In this document: in pieces, positions 1 through 12,720 of the stretch | Layout of the letters: each line of letters opens with the position of its first letter | Position numbering within the stretch: position 1 is the first letter of the stretch | DNA from: Octopus sinensis | Lineage: Eukaryota | Reading direction: 5' to 3' | Assembly (NCBI RefSeq): GCF_006345805.1 | Contig: NC_043000.1 | Coordinates: 105,028,001 to 105,092,000 of the forward strand | Length of the DNA stretch: 64,000 bases | Program-made: the position numbers and the translations under genes | The notes under the pieces: model-generated | The model's database searches: none | What the model was told of the DNA's origin: nothing | The model's input: only the letters and a program-made list of their open reading frames with translations

Positions 1-340
1 ATAAGAGAACAATTAAACGGTGAAAATCAAATGATAATGAACAGGGCTGTGGATCTATTAAATGCAAATGGAACAGAATTTATATGTGGCTTCAAGAAGG
101 CTGATCAATGGAGACTAAATCAAGAAACAAGTGAAGCCAATAATGTATTGAAATGGATTGAAATAAAGAACGTCTCGCAAGCAAACTCATCAAGCGAACT
201 TTTAGTTGAAATATGTTTGAGACATTTCAACTTCTAAAGGCAAATCCACTGCAGTTATCGAGGATAAAAAAATCTCTATGGTAGAAGGTGATTTTAGATT
301 TCTGAAGAGAAGTATGGTGGGTTTAAAAACTGAGTTGACA
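1..340 (+). pseudogene. Decayed N-terminal fragment of an R4/Dong-like LINE ORF
   Basis: ORF 31-237 FKKADQWRLNQETSEANNVLKWIEIKNVSQAN resembles the pre-RT region of R4/Dong ORFs (…N.VL..I.T.NI.ETN…); frame is broken downstream. Recognised by eye only. Confidence 0.35.
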
Positions 341-1284
341 TCATGCAGACAAAGTTTGGGCACTCTAAGCATCAAGAGATTCTCAGATCCGTTTTTTACG
401 CAGAATTTTCAACCCATATACCCTTAAAACTTATACCTCTCTTATGTAGATATCTTCTCACCATTCTCCCACTCCCTTCTCGGTACACAGCTATCCTAAC
501 CCTACTTTTTGGGTAGTTAACTTAATCTGTCGTCCGGTCTCACATCGCTATGTGTTTCTTGAGTGCCTTTTCTTCTTTCCTTCCTTCCTTCCTTCCTACA
601 CACAAGTCTTCCGCACATTACAAAATACGATCTTAAACAATAGGAGAAACAGTGCTTGAAACATTGGATGGCCATGACTGGAATATCTTTGTTCATTGAT
701 ATGCTCTTTCAGGGATCGCCATGTACCATAGTTACAACAGTAAGCAATCTATGCGGTATCGCGTATTCTCTTAGAAATAGCAGCCATATCACCCTGAAGT
801 TACTGTATCATCCTAGAAATGAGGACAGGCCAAACCAATGGGGGCATCTACATGATGTCGCTCGACATTCTAAATGTAGCAGCAGCCAAATCTCTTTCGG
901 ATCGTATCCTGACCTCATAAAAAATTGGTGGGAAAGGCGGACACATTAAATGACGTAGTCCTACCAATTTCATGATACGATGTCCACAGCCGTAACACCC
1001 TTGACTATTGGTCAACTCAATCAGAAATAATCTCCTGGGACAAAACAGAAATATCAGCAACAACAACAGAAACGGAAACAACAATTTATTCGCTGTTTCA
1101 TTCCATCAGAAATGTTTTGCCAGATTGTTAAAAATGTTGTATAAATTAATAAATAGATAAGAACATAGTACTTAACCATAGCGATAAACAATGAAAAATG
1201 TATGAGACGTTTAATGGAGGAAGATAACAAAAATAAACAAAATAAGAAGCAAAAGGGAGAAGAGATTTCTTAGTCAAAATCTAA

Positions 1285-1790
1285 GTATGTAAGCGTGCGC
1301 ATGTGCGGGGAGGTGCATGTGCGCGCGTGTGTGTGACTGAGAGGGGGAGAGAGAGAGTAGAGCGAGAGAGCGAGAGAGAGAGAGATAGATTTATGTATGT
1401 GTATGCGCTTTTATTCGTGTATGTGTATGTGTGCGTACGTGCGTATGCGTTTTTGTGAATTTCTGTGTATTTATGTATGTGTGTGTGTGTGTGTGTGTTA
1501 GTATGTTTATTTGTGTATGGACGCGTACGTATATTTAGATGGTGTGTTTGTGTACTGTGTGTGTGTATGATTGTATATGCGTGCGTATGTGTGCATCTGT
1601 GTTTACGTATGTCTGTATGAGTGTATGTATATGCATAAATATATTTGCGTATGCGTGTATGCACGTACTTGTAGGGATTTCTCTCTCCTCTCTCTCTCCC
1701 TCTCACTTTCTTTCTCCTCTCTCCCTCCTTCCCCCTCTCTCCCCCTCCTTCTCTGCGTGTGTATGTGTGTGTGTGTTTATTGGTGTATGT
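1285..1790. repeat. Compound (GT)n/(GA)n/(CT)n low-complexity tract
   Basis: Dinucleotide runs directly visible; they explain ORFs 1281-1814. Confidence 0.9.
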
Positions 1791-2148
1791 AGAGCGCAGT
1801 TAATTTGTTGCTAGTAGGAGTGTAAGCTGAAGGCGCCACACTAATATCAAAACAGACTAAAAGACGGCAGACAAATTGGCAACCAAAGTTTATTTCAGTC
1901 TTAAATTAACATATTTATTTATCTATTATTTATTTGCTTGTTTATGTCTTTAAATATTTGCATATACATTTTAAAGTCAAATTAGTAAATTAAGATGTAA
2001 GAAGGTGAAATACAAAAGCGTGAATAATATTTGTATATATGTCTATACTCACAGAAACACGCATAATATATATATATATATATATATTAAATATACTTAC
2101 TTGGAGAAATATACATACATATATAATATATATATAATATATATATAT

Positions 2149-2572
2149 ATACTAAGCAATAAGGGTTTAGCAACGAGTTGCCTTACCACATACCGAATTT
2201 AGAAATAGCAGTCAAAGGTTATAGCTATTTCTTCTACTAAAAAGGAGATCTCAGTAAAAACAGCATTTTGGAAGGCAGACACAAACAGGTAAGAGAGTGA
2301 ATTGACTGCAATCTATCATACATTTTTTAGTTATCCACGGACGTACGTTTCGAAAAACTTGATTTCGAAACGTACGTCCGTGGATAACTAAAAAAATGTA
2401 TGATAGATTGCAGTCAATTCATTCTCTCTTACCTGTTTGTGTCTGCCTTCCAAATGCTGTTTTTACTGAGATCTCCCTTTTTAGTAGAAGAAATAGCTAT
2501 AACCCTTTGACTGCTATTTCTAAATTCGGTATGTGGTAAGCAACTCGTTGCTAAACCCTTATTGCTTAGTAT
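2149..2572. repeat. Long palindrome, ~207-bp arms, 7-nt spacer
   Basis: Left arm 2149-2355 (atactaagcaat…acgtacgtttcgaaa) is the reverse complement of 2363-2572. Spacer is aacttga. Differences are mainly 1-nt homopolymer indels. Confidence 0.97.
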
Positions 2573-2680
2573 TACTTAAATTTTTCCTCGAATGAGGCTT
2601 TTACATGCCGAAACTACTTGGTGTAATTGATATTTTTCCAATTAATTAATTTCACCCTTCATTATTACGGATAACTATAT
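2352..2680 (+). mobile_element. Putative Penelope-like-element terminal repeat fragment with hammerhead-like motifs, flanked by (TA)n
   Basis: gaaa-aacttga-tttc hairpin followed by GAAAC-GTAC-GTC (2367-2378). A second weak motif cgaatga-ggc…gcc-gaaac lies at ~2588-2613. The element ends in (TA)n. Confidence 0.45.
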
Positions 2681-2753
2681 ATAATTATATATATAATATA
2701 TATATATATACATTTATACATATACATTATACATATATATATATAATATATAT

Positions 2754-2787
<34 letters not shown>

Positions 2788-3225
2788 CTTTGATACTTTG
2801 ATTACTTTGATAGGTTTCGGCCATTATTGGCCGAGGCCATGTCTAACTTAATAGCACCACCTGGTGAAGTCTTTCAAGCCAGAATTTGGGCACTATGGCC
2901 CACTCAAGTAGAGAGTTATTGTTTACAGAGACATATCCGGGTGTAGGGGGTTTATCCGGGATTTCTTGAAGGAATCTGTCCAAAGACTTCTTGAACCCTA
3001 TAGGGTCAGTTTCTGTTTTAATGTGTTTTGGTGTAATGTTAAAGAGAGCGGGGCCAATTGAGGTGAAATAATTGTGCCGTATTGTTTTTATGAGATGAGA
3101 GTGCGATTTTTGTTTTGGGCGGATGGCACGGGGCCCAAGCCTGGATGTACCCTAAAGGTGATGCCAACATCATTTGGGCAATGCTGATGGAATATTTTCC
3201 ACATCATGCAGATGATGTAGCGCTC
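2788..3225 (-). mobile_element. 5'-truncated CR1/L2-group LINE 3' end
   Basis: Minus strand reads ERYIICMMWKIFHQHCPNDVGITF…(1-nt frameshift)…HNYFTSIGPALFNITPKHIKTETDPIGFKKSLDRFLQEIPDKPPTPGY…NNSLLEW, a typical ORF2 C-terminus. Short (TATCAAAG)-like repeated tail; (TA)n on both sides. Confidence 0.8.
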
Positions 3226-3323
<98 letters not shown>

Positions 3324-3850
3324 CATATATATTATATATACATATATATCAGAGTAAGCACATACATCTGAGACAGGTGGAAAAAAATAGTACTCGAATA
3401 TCGGAGGTAGAGTAATATGCTTTATTAATAGAGCTGCAAAAGCATCACAAAAACATCATCCATAGAAACGAGAATCCGTATTGTTTCGGCGCTTTTAACA
3501 ACCAGGGACTTTGAATTTCATGATAAACTCATCTGGTTGCGCCACTTATACGCTGTAACGCCTATCATCTCAGTGATTGACGTTAAAGTGGAAAAGAGTA
3601 AATATTTAGAGGACAATGACATGCTAATGTGACTGAGAACTACGAACAAATACTAGACTTATTGTTTCGCCGTAATATAGATCTACAGGTGATGCCATTC
3701 ATGTGTTGCTTGTTTAAAAACATATGAGAATAAACCGTTCTCAGTATGTTTCAATAGTGAAATATATTTTCTCATTGGTGATTACACTTATTCTATTATT
3801 ATGCCTCACCTATTTAAACGCATGTATATATATGCGCGCAGTTGCTTGTA

Positions 3851-4090
3851 TTAAGTTGTAAAGAAAGTCCAGTCGCTTTTTCAAGATGGTCTTAATTGAT
3901 ATATTTAATCAACATAACTATATCTATTTAGCAAATTGTTGATCTCTTAAGCGTAAAATTCTTCAGGTTTCGAAGTAAAGAAACACTCAATATCATTTTC
4001 AACTTCTTCCTGATTAATAAAATGTTTCCTTCTATACAATGTTGCAAAGTTTGAAAAGGTGATAATCAGATCGAGTAAAGTGGATGATAC
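3851..4090 (-). mobile_element. Decayed mariner (Tc1/mariner) transposase C-terminus plus probable TIR
   Basis: Minus strand with frameshifts: SDYHLF.TLQHCIEG.HFINQEEVENDIECFFTSKPEEFYA*EINNLLNR, matching the mariner (YSPDLAP)SDYHLF…FF.SKP.EFY..GI..L..RW block. TIR-like ttaagttgtaaagaaagt at 3851. Confidence 0.75.
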
Positions 4091-5230
4091 TTCCATATTT
4101 ATTAGTGCCATAAGTATCAAAGAAATACTTTCACCATGATCATGTCAAAAATGCGATTTTTAATATTTGTGTAGAAAGCATGCTACTTACCAGCCAATAT
4201 AAGTAGAATGGCCACGGCTTTGTGCGCATTGCACTTACAGTCACAACACAAGGCTATTGTTGCTATAAGCAGACTGAGGATACCACATACGGCGCCAAAA
4301 GAGTAGAGAGCTTGAGTGACTTGAATCAAGACTGCAATATAGAACAAAAGAAAAACCGTTGAAACATTTATAGATATACATTTGAGACATTTGAAAGGTT
4401 AGAAATAGAAGACAAATTATTAAAAAAAAAATTCAATCATACAAACAAATTTATATACACCATCACTAATCCAAAGCTACTCAAGTACATTAGTGGAACG
4501 AGCAAATATGTGAACTACAAGACCAGGAAAAGATGACAGAATGAAAGGATCAAGGTTGTGTGTGTAGGTAGATGGGTGGGTGGGTGGTAAGTCTGGCACC
4601 TTTGCCTGGACGAGTTGCTAATTTCATTGTTTAAATTCTATCTTATTTTAAATATGTTCTGTTTTTATATATTTGCTGTTTCTGTAATGTTCATCAAACT
4701 TTTAGTACGTTCATTGCATACGTCCTTACCTGTCACCGCACATTTATAAAACTTTTCCACGTTCAACTTCACTTACTTTTGTAATTGTTGTTTTAATGTG
4801 TGTTTGACTTCATTTATTCATTTATTTTTGTTTGTTTATTGTTTTGTTTTGTATGATAGCCCTTGTGATTAATGAAGAAATTATTATCACTAAAAGGGTG
4901 TTTGATCTTAGAATCAATAGAATCGTCAAAATATCCGAAGAAATTCTTTGCAGTATTTAGTTACGTTTCTACATTATTGGTTTAGATCCACTGCTGATTA
5001 ACTTTTATCATTCAGGAAGGGTATAAAACAAAGCACAAAAGTTGATTAAATCTATTATACTCTCCTCCTCAATCATAGATATGTCACATTTTTGTCTCTG
5101 TTCGACATTTTCTTTTCATTTTTAAAATATTTTTTTCATTCATCTAGGTCAATGTAGAACACCCACGGTTTTGTAACAAGTCAGTGTTTGTGTTTAATTT
5201 CTCTGTTTTTATCTCCCTTGTGGTATTATT

Positions 5231-5369
5231 CTTTTCTATTCTAGGCACAAGGCCCGAAATTTGGGATGGGGAGGGAGCCAGTCGATTAGATTGACCCCAG
5301 AATGCAATTGGTACTTAATTTATCGATCCCAAAAGGATGAAAGGCAAAGTCGACCTAGTCGGAATTTGC
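5231..5369 (-). mobile_element. SINE family A, 5'-truncated, with 16-bp TSD
   Basis: Contains the family core gtcgactttgcctttcatcctt…gatcgataaattaagtacc on the minus strand. Flanked by cccttg(t/c)ggtattatt at 5215-5230 and 5370-5385. Confidence 0.85.
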
Positions 5370-5425
5370 CCCTTGCGGTATTATTATTATTATTGTTGTT
5401 GTTATTGTTATTATAATTATTATTA

Positions 5426-5475
<50 letters not shown>

Positions 5476-5479
5476 GTTG

Positions 5480-6391
5480 TTGTATGTTTGACTTTGGCTT
5501 TGTATTTGTACAAGATGACTCCAAGTTTCATCTAGAGACTCCAAGAGACAAGTTAGAGGTTCAAGTTTGTGCTATGATTAGGGTACCATATTTTGGGTTT
5601 TGTACAGAGTATTGTTCAAGAGAATGTTTATTAAAACATTAGAAAATTTGAGGTTTGTTTTAAAAGTAATTTGATTATAAGATGATAATATGATGTTAAG
5701 ATGACAGTAGAAGGTGTTTGCTATTATATTCATTTAAAAGTACTTTTGACAATGTTTACAGATTAAAATGCTTTGGGGATTACATAGACAATATTTTTCG
5801 TAGGGTATGAGCAGTTCCCACGAGCACTATTTTTTGAATTTCTTCCATTTTTTTGATTTCCTGGTATCTGAGCTAGGTAGCAATCATCCCCTTTTGCTAT
5901 CATTCCTAGGGCACTATGACAACAGATATTGTTTTAGTCTTCAGGTTCCACATTTTGCCAATTTCTATTTCAAGATCTCTATACTTGCTCAGTATTTGAT
6001 AGGTCGTGAGAGATACATCTATGTCGATTGGAACAGTCATATTGATGAGGAGGCATGACTTTTGTCTGAAATCCTTCAATATAATGGCTGGCCTATTTGC
6101 ATCTATCCTTTTGTCAGTTTGAACAGTAAAGTTCCAAACGAGTGAGATGTGATCATTTTCAAACACTGGAGGTAGTTTGTGTTCCCAACAGATTTTATCA
6201 TACTTGTTGAGATACTCTGTAGGCGCAAAAAGGCTGCACATGGAAACAACATGACCGATGGTTTCATTTTGTTGTTTACATAAACATGTTGGGCTACTAC
6301 CGTTCTTTAAGCTGTTGACTTGGTAGCTTCTTGTAGGTAGGCATTGATCTTGGGCTGCTATGCCAAATCATTCTGTCTTTGATTTTAAGCT
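5480..6391 (-). mobile_element. R4/Dong-type RLE non-LTR retrotransposon 3' end inserted in (TAA)n
   Basis: LKSKTE*FGIAAQDQCLPTRSYQ…C.LCKQQNETIGHVVSMC (CCHC knuckle), then WNFTVQTDKRIDANRPAII…LLINMTVP…KYRDLEIEIGKMWNLKTKTISVVI (degenerate PD-(D/E)xK restriction-like endonuclease). (ATT)n on both flanks. Confidence 0.85.
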
Positions 6392-6398
6392 ATTATTA

Positions 6399-6480
<82 letters not shown>

Positions 6481-6490
6481 CATTATTATC

Positions 6491-6523
<33 letters not shown>

Positions 6524-6538
6524 GTCATCATCATCATT
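6392..6538. repeat. (ATT)n grading into (ATC)n microsatellite
   Basis: Directly visible. Confidence 0.95.
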
Positions 6539-6540
6539 CA

Positions 6541-6965
6541 AGGCGCGAGCTGACAGAATCTTTAGCTTGACGGACAAAATACTTAGTGGTATTTTTTAGT
6601 ACGTCTTTAGGTTTTGAGTTCAAATTCTGCGGAGGTCGACTTTACTTTTCATATTTTCGGGCCCGATAACATAAGTACCAGTTTAGCCCTGAGGCCGATA
6701 TAATCAACTTACTCCCTCCCCGAAATTGCTGGCCTTGTGCCAAAATTTGAAACCCTTTTCATAACTATTAAAGCGGCAAACCGGCAGAATTGTTAAGTAT
6801 TTTGTCCGCTTTTACGTTCTGAGTTTAAATGCTGACGATGTTGACTTTGCGTTTCATCTTTTCAGGGTCAGTGAAATAAGTACTATTTGAGTACTGGGAT
6901 CGATATAAGTGACTAGCCACCCTCACTTCCAATATTTCAGGCCTTGTGCATATTGTAGAAAAACG
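6541..6965 (+). mobile_element. Two tandem SINE family A copies (tRNA-derived)
   Basis: aggcgcgagctgacagaatc (A-box-like) … gagttcaaattc (B-box-like) … gtcgactttactttcat … ccttgtgccaaaatttgaaac. A second, more decayed copy starts at ~6770. Confidence 0.8.
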
Positions 6966-7054
6966 TAATTATTATAACTGACAACTCCTCAGACTGACAT
7001 TTTCTGATTTGTAAAAATTTTTCCCAATCTGAAGATGATTAGAATTTAGCTATT

Positions 7055-7590
7055 ACTAAGATGATGTTGCCAAGAGGATATTTCTAAAACGGTATTGTTA
7101 GCATGACTTTGCTGAGTTGAACTGCTGACCTGACATTGTTCAGCTGGAATTAGCTCAATGACGATTTTTTAAAAATATTATTGTTGATACAACGTTGCTT
7201 AAGTGACATTGTTTTCGAGAGTACTAAGATTACATTTTTGACAGGACATTGCTATGATAGTTTATAAGATGACATTGTTGATATTACGTTGCTGCAACTT
7301 CATTGTTGAGATGAGGTTCTAAGGTAGCACTTCTGATATGACGTTGCTAAGATGTCTTTCCTAATACAACGTTGGTAAGGTGTAAAATTGCTGGCGTGAC
7401 GTCACTGAAGTTTCATTGCTAAACTGAGTTTCTAAGGTAGCAGTACTGACTAGTGTTTTCTCAGCATTCTTAAGATTTCTTTGTGGGCTGAAGTTTTTAT
7501 GTGACACTGTTAGCAAATTGCTAAACTGCGATTGTTGAGATGCTGTTGTTAAGGCACCATGGTTGAGATGATGTTGCTAAGGTATCACGC
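7055..7590. repeat. Degenerate 14-bp minisatellite (consensus ~atgacattgctaag)
   Basis: Successive units atgatgttgccaag, atgactttgctgag, ctgacattgttcag, atgacgttgctaag, atgatgttgctaag. Confidence 0.75.
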
Positions 7591-7861
7591 TGAAAGGTAA
7601 AAGCTAACTTGACTTCTGTGAAATTTAATCTCAGATCCCAGTAAAGTGACGAAAACGAATACCTGTCGGCGCTAGGCAAACACAGGGATCGACATAGTCA
7701 ACTACCCCGCTCCCTAATCGTTGGCCTTTGTGCCAATGTTTGGAGCACATATTTTAACTGTTGCTTAAGAATAACAACTAAACACTTCTTCATGGCTGAC
7801 TCAATACCGAGAGCAGAATCTGAATTATTATAGAATTCAACAAGGAATTCAAGTTCCGTAA

Positions 7862-7894
<33 letters not shown>

Positions 7895-7924
7895 TGTGTG
7901 TGTGTGTGTGCGCGTGCGTGTGTA

Positions 7925-7980
<56 letters not shown>

Positions 7981-8449
7981 TTTTCACATTTAGACTAGTA
8001 TTCCCTTTTAGACATCGTATTCTATTTTATGAAAATATTCTTAATCTTCACATTTGCTAACAAAAGTCTAATGGAAGGATTTTAAGGAAGTGAAATGATT
8101 TTATCGAGATCTGGGAAACGAGTGGCGCAGATTTAGGTTACAAGGGTATATAATATCCTACAATATAGTATAAAGTACTTGCTGCTTTATCATTCATAAA
8201 ACACACGATCTGTTATCATATATAGAGAGCACGGTTTATTTGCAAAGACAGCCTCCTTACATGTCTACATATTTTTTCGTTTCACAGTCATTCTTGCAAA
8301 ACGTTCACAGTACACGCGCACGTGCATGCACAAATACCGCCACATGTGAAATTCCCCTCTCTCTCTCCCTCTACCCTTTCTATCTCTCTCATATGCGTGT
8401 GTAAATATATACGTGTTTGTGTACGTATATATACACACACACACAACAC

Positions 8450-8493
<44 letters not shown>

Positions 8494-8529
8494 TAGATAT
8501 ATATATACAAACATACAATTAAGTGTGTG

Positions 8530-8571
<42 letters not shown>

Positions 8572-8769
8572 TACGCCCACACACACAAACTCATAAACGT
8601 CAAAACATCACAATTATATGTACATACATATACACAGACCCATCTAAAAATATACCCAAACATAACACAGATGGCGAAACCAAAAACGCTTCAACACTCA
8701 ACTAAACAAAAACTGTTGCATATAAACACAGCTACTTCTACACTCGCAATATACACGTACACCTACACA

Positions 8770-8831
<62 letters not shown>

Positions 8832-9569
8832 AGCATAAAAACAGGCATGCATATACATATTCTGACACACTTATGCACACTCACACATATACAGACACAC
8901 GAATACACACGTATCTATATTTACATACATACTACATGCATACATACACATACCACATCCCAGAAATAGACAAATGACGACTATTTTTGACAAGCAATTT
9001 CTCTCTAGTTGCCTATATTATACAAGCTTCTAAATGTTGTGGGTTTGGATATATACATACACAAGTGTGTCAGTGGGTATTTATATATATGTGTATATAT
9101 GCCCGCACACACACACACATATATATATATAAATGTATATATGTGTGCGTGTGTATGTATATATATATATATATATAAACATAAATCTACATAAGTTGTT
9201 ACTTCTGTGTTTGTTATGCGTGGTCACCTCAGTTCTTTGCAATGAGAAGAAAAAGATGAAAGAGCGACAGATATGCAGGCGAAGAGAAAGTTCCAGATAG
9301 AGAAAGAGGGGAAAGAAAGATCCTAGAGAGATGGGCGGGGGAGAAAAAGTGAAAGGGACGTCGGAGGAGAAGGAAAGGAACGGGATGAAAATGAGAGGAG
9401 CATAGTACCAAGATTGAGTGACTTATGATGACACACATGTTTGACATTTCCAGCGTTACAGCTGGTCGTATATTATCGGAGGAAGTCGATCTATGCACGT
9501 GATTAGCACACTAAACTGACAATCGCGTACTAACATATACGTTGAATATGTATATATGTATATACAGAA

Positions 9570-9658
<89 letters not shown>

Positions 9659-11305
9659 CTTGCTACAAGCAGTAACAATGGCCACGGAAAATGTAGAAGT
9701 CTCTAGTGGTTGTTGCTGCTGCATTTCTTGAGGATGTTTTTGCTGTTGGTGGTGTTGTTTATGGTGTTGTTGTTGTTGATGTTGTTTTCGTCGTCGTCTT
9801 TGTTGTTGTTGTTGTTGTTGTTGTTGCTGCTGCTGCTGCTATTGTTTAACTCCAGGTCAGGCCTGATCTATGATAAAAGCCGTTAGTAAAAGGCGTTCAT
9901 TATCCTATGTTTCCTTTCCATTTTTAGAGGCTTAGGTGTTATTTCTAGCGGGCCCAGCCAGCCACCATATAGAGGCTTTTCATTTATCAGCTTAAAATAC
10001 CCAGAAATTAGGGACGGAGTTTGCCACAGTAGCCAATCAAAGATAAATTCTATATAAAGTCGAGTTGTAACGCCGGGCAGTCTTAAGTACACCTATGATC
10101 GAAAGTATTCCAAACGTAACCATTCCTAATTGCTTTCAATCATAGTACATCTTAATAAACATAAGTACTGGATATAAAAAGTATTGGATTGAAATATGTA
10201 ATCAGATTCATACAATCAACTAAAAAACACCGAAGGCTATGCCCCGACCTAGCAATGACCGGAATTGTTAAAAAAGAAAATTGATGTAGAAACACATTGA
10301 AACCGTGTAACGATTGTGGACTGTCCCGAGTTTATCTCACGCCCCGTGGTGCTTAGTCATACTACTAAATGAAATATTCTTCTTTTACGTGGTGTGGTGT
10401 AAGTCCTCACTCATTTTAGAAGCGTAAGAAAAAGCAACTGATAATATATTCGAATTTTAAACCTCGATATATTACTGGTATTTTAGTTTTACGATTCAAC
10501 GTACTAACATCGGAAAGTTGAGGCAACGAAAAAAAATTGGGATTCACCTATCCGTGTTTTGAACTCTAAACAGCAAAGTACAGAACAAGATACAAAATAA
10601 GTTGGAAATACAATTGGACAATACACAACCAGCACATAGGAACCTCCTACATGGTTCGTTTTATCTGCTAGAATTAGCAGCCACAATTTCTTTAAATCCC
10701 GTGCTACCGCCAAATAAAAATAAATATTTAAATAATAAAGGATATTTTTGATGTGTACAAAAAAAATCATGGAATGATAACGGATGAAACGCCTTTGATC
10801 ATAGGACTGCTCAATGAAAGCTGGTTTGGGACTAAACAACAATAAAGAACCCCACACTCTACCAGGCAAGCCGAAAGACAATGATATAGTTTCAATTGTC
10901 ATCTGGAAGCCATTTCATTTCACAGTCTATATAGCTAATTTGGAATTACAAACATCACAGTTTAATCTTTTCCCTCTTCTCCTCCCTCATCTCATCTTCG
11001 TGAAAGCGAAAATGGAGAAAAGCCAATCTTCACTCTACAACGCCTATTGTTAATAATTCCTGACACTTCAGATAGACCCTTATGGGGGAAAAAATAACAG
11101 AATTCAAAGCTTGGACAAGCTCTAAGGATTCTATACATTTTGAACGGCATTATTGCGAGCATGGAATTAAAATAACTGGCAATTGTCGTACAAGTATTAA
11201 CATTTGAAGATGCGCGCGCAGTACACACACACATACACACGTATGTATTTATACATATACATATGTATACATATACATTTATGCATATATGTGTATATAA
11301 TATAT

Positions 11306-11351
<46 letters not shown>

Positions 11352-11672
11352 ATATGAATGTATGTATATCAGAAAATTTAATTCGCTTACATCAAACACA
11401 TTCCTCACCCTTAAATAAATTGAAAAAAACCAATAAATATTTTTCTGAATATTGAATACGTAGGTGTTAAAGGGTTAGAACAATATAACAAATCAATACA
11501 TGTGTGTGTGCATGTGTATGTGTATGTATGTGTGTGTGTTGTTTGTCTGTGTGTCTGCATGCGCGCGTGTATGAATAATTAATGAAATAACTGAATAAAT
11601 GCATTAATAAATATATAAATGCATATTATACAAATAAATCTATGGGTAACGAAATATAGAAACAGAACTATG

Positions 11673-11731
<59 letters not shown>

Positions 11732-11838
11732 TTGTATAAGTATTAATGAACATATAATATACAAATAAATGAATGAGTAAATAAATATGCAAATATATTA
11801 ATTTATATATATATATACACGCGCACACACACACACAC

Positions 11839-11881
<43 letters not shown>

Positions 11882-12039
11882 TATATATATATATATATAT
11901 ATATAATACACACACATATATGTATATATGTGTGTATATATACATCTATGTATAAATATATTTGTGAAATGGTCCAACTGGTTTACATAAGATATTTTCG
12001 AAAGATACAAATATAAAACACAAAAAGAAAACTTCAAAG

Positions 12040-12298
12040 TATTTACAGGAAATTGGAGTGAGAGAACTATGCCAGCTGATGGAACTTTTATCGAGAAAAA
12101 TCTACAAAACAGCTGCTATTTTTAAAGACAGCCATCTGCAGTAGATGCCAATGTCCTTCCAATTTCTATGTTGTGTTTAACATACAGGCAACAGATGGCT
12201 GTTTTGAAGAGGAATGGCCTATAGTTCGGAACACCTCGGAATCTATCCTTAGAATGCCCGTTTGTAATTTAAGCAGCCGGTTCAGTTTTCTGTAAATA
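12040..12298. mobile_element. Old fold-back MITE-like element
   Basis: Ends tatttacaggaaattgga / ttcagttttctgtaaata are 15/18 complementary. Inner pair acagccatctg (~12128) / cagatggctgt (~12192) shares the same centre. Confidence 0.5.
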
Positions 12299-12335
12299 GA
12301 TGTAATGAAGTGGTTCAGCTTACTTTAAGCACAAT

Positions 12336-12720
12336 AGGCGCTGGAGTGGCTGTGTGGTAAGTAGCTTGCTACTGCGTGGCATCTTGGGCAAGTTTCTTCT
12401 GCTATAGCCCCGGGCCGACCAATGCCTTGTGAGTGGATTTGGTAGACGGAAACTGAAAGAAGCCTGTCGTATATATGTATATATATATATATATGTGTGT
12501 TTCTGTGTCTGTTTTTGTCCCCCTAGCATTGCTTGACAACCGATGCTGGTGTGTTTACGTCCCCGTCACTTAGCGGTTCGGCAAAAGAGACTGATAGAAT
12601 AAGTACTGGGCTTACAAAGAATAAGTCCCGGGGTCGATTTGCTCGACTAAAGGCGGTGCTCCAGCATGGCCGCAGTCAAATGACTGAAACAAGTAAAAGA
12701 GTAAAAGAGTAAAAGAGTAA
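12336..12720 (+). mobile_element. SINE family B, near full length
   Basis: ggagtggctgtgtggtaag (A-box-like head, B box deleted) … cttgggcaag (CORE-like) … gtggatttggtagacggaaactgaaagaagc … internal (TA/TG)n … cagtcaaatgactgaaacaag, then a (taaaagag)n tail. Confidence 0.85.

Noticed and set aside
6541-6640. tRNA genes suggested by A/B-box-like motifs (also 13660, 19430-19510, 45699)
   Set aside because: The heads continue into SINE bodies, are multi-copy, and show no complete cloverleaf.
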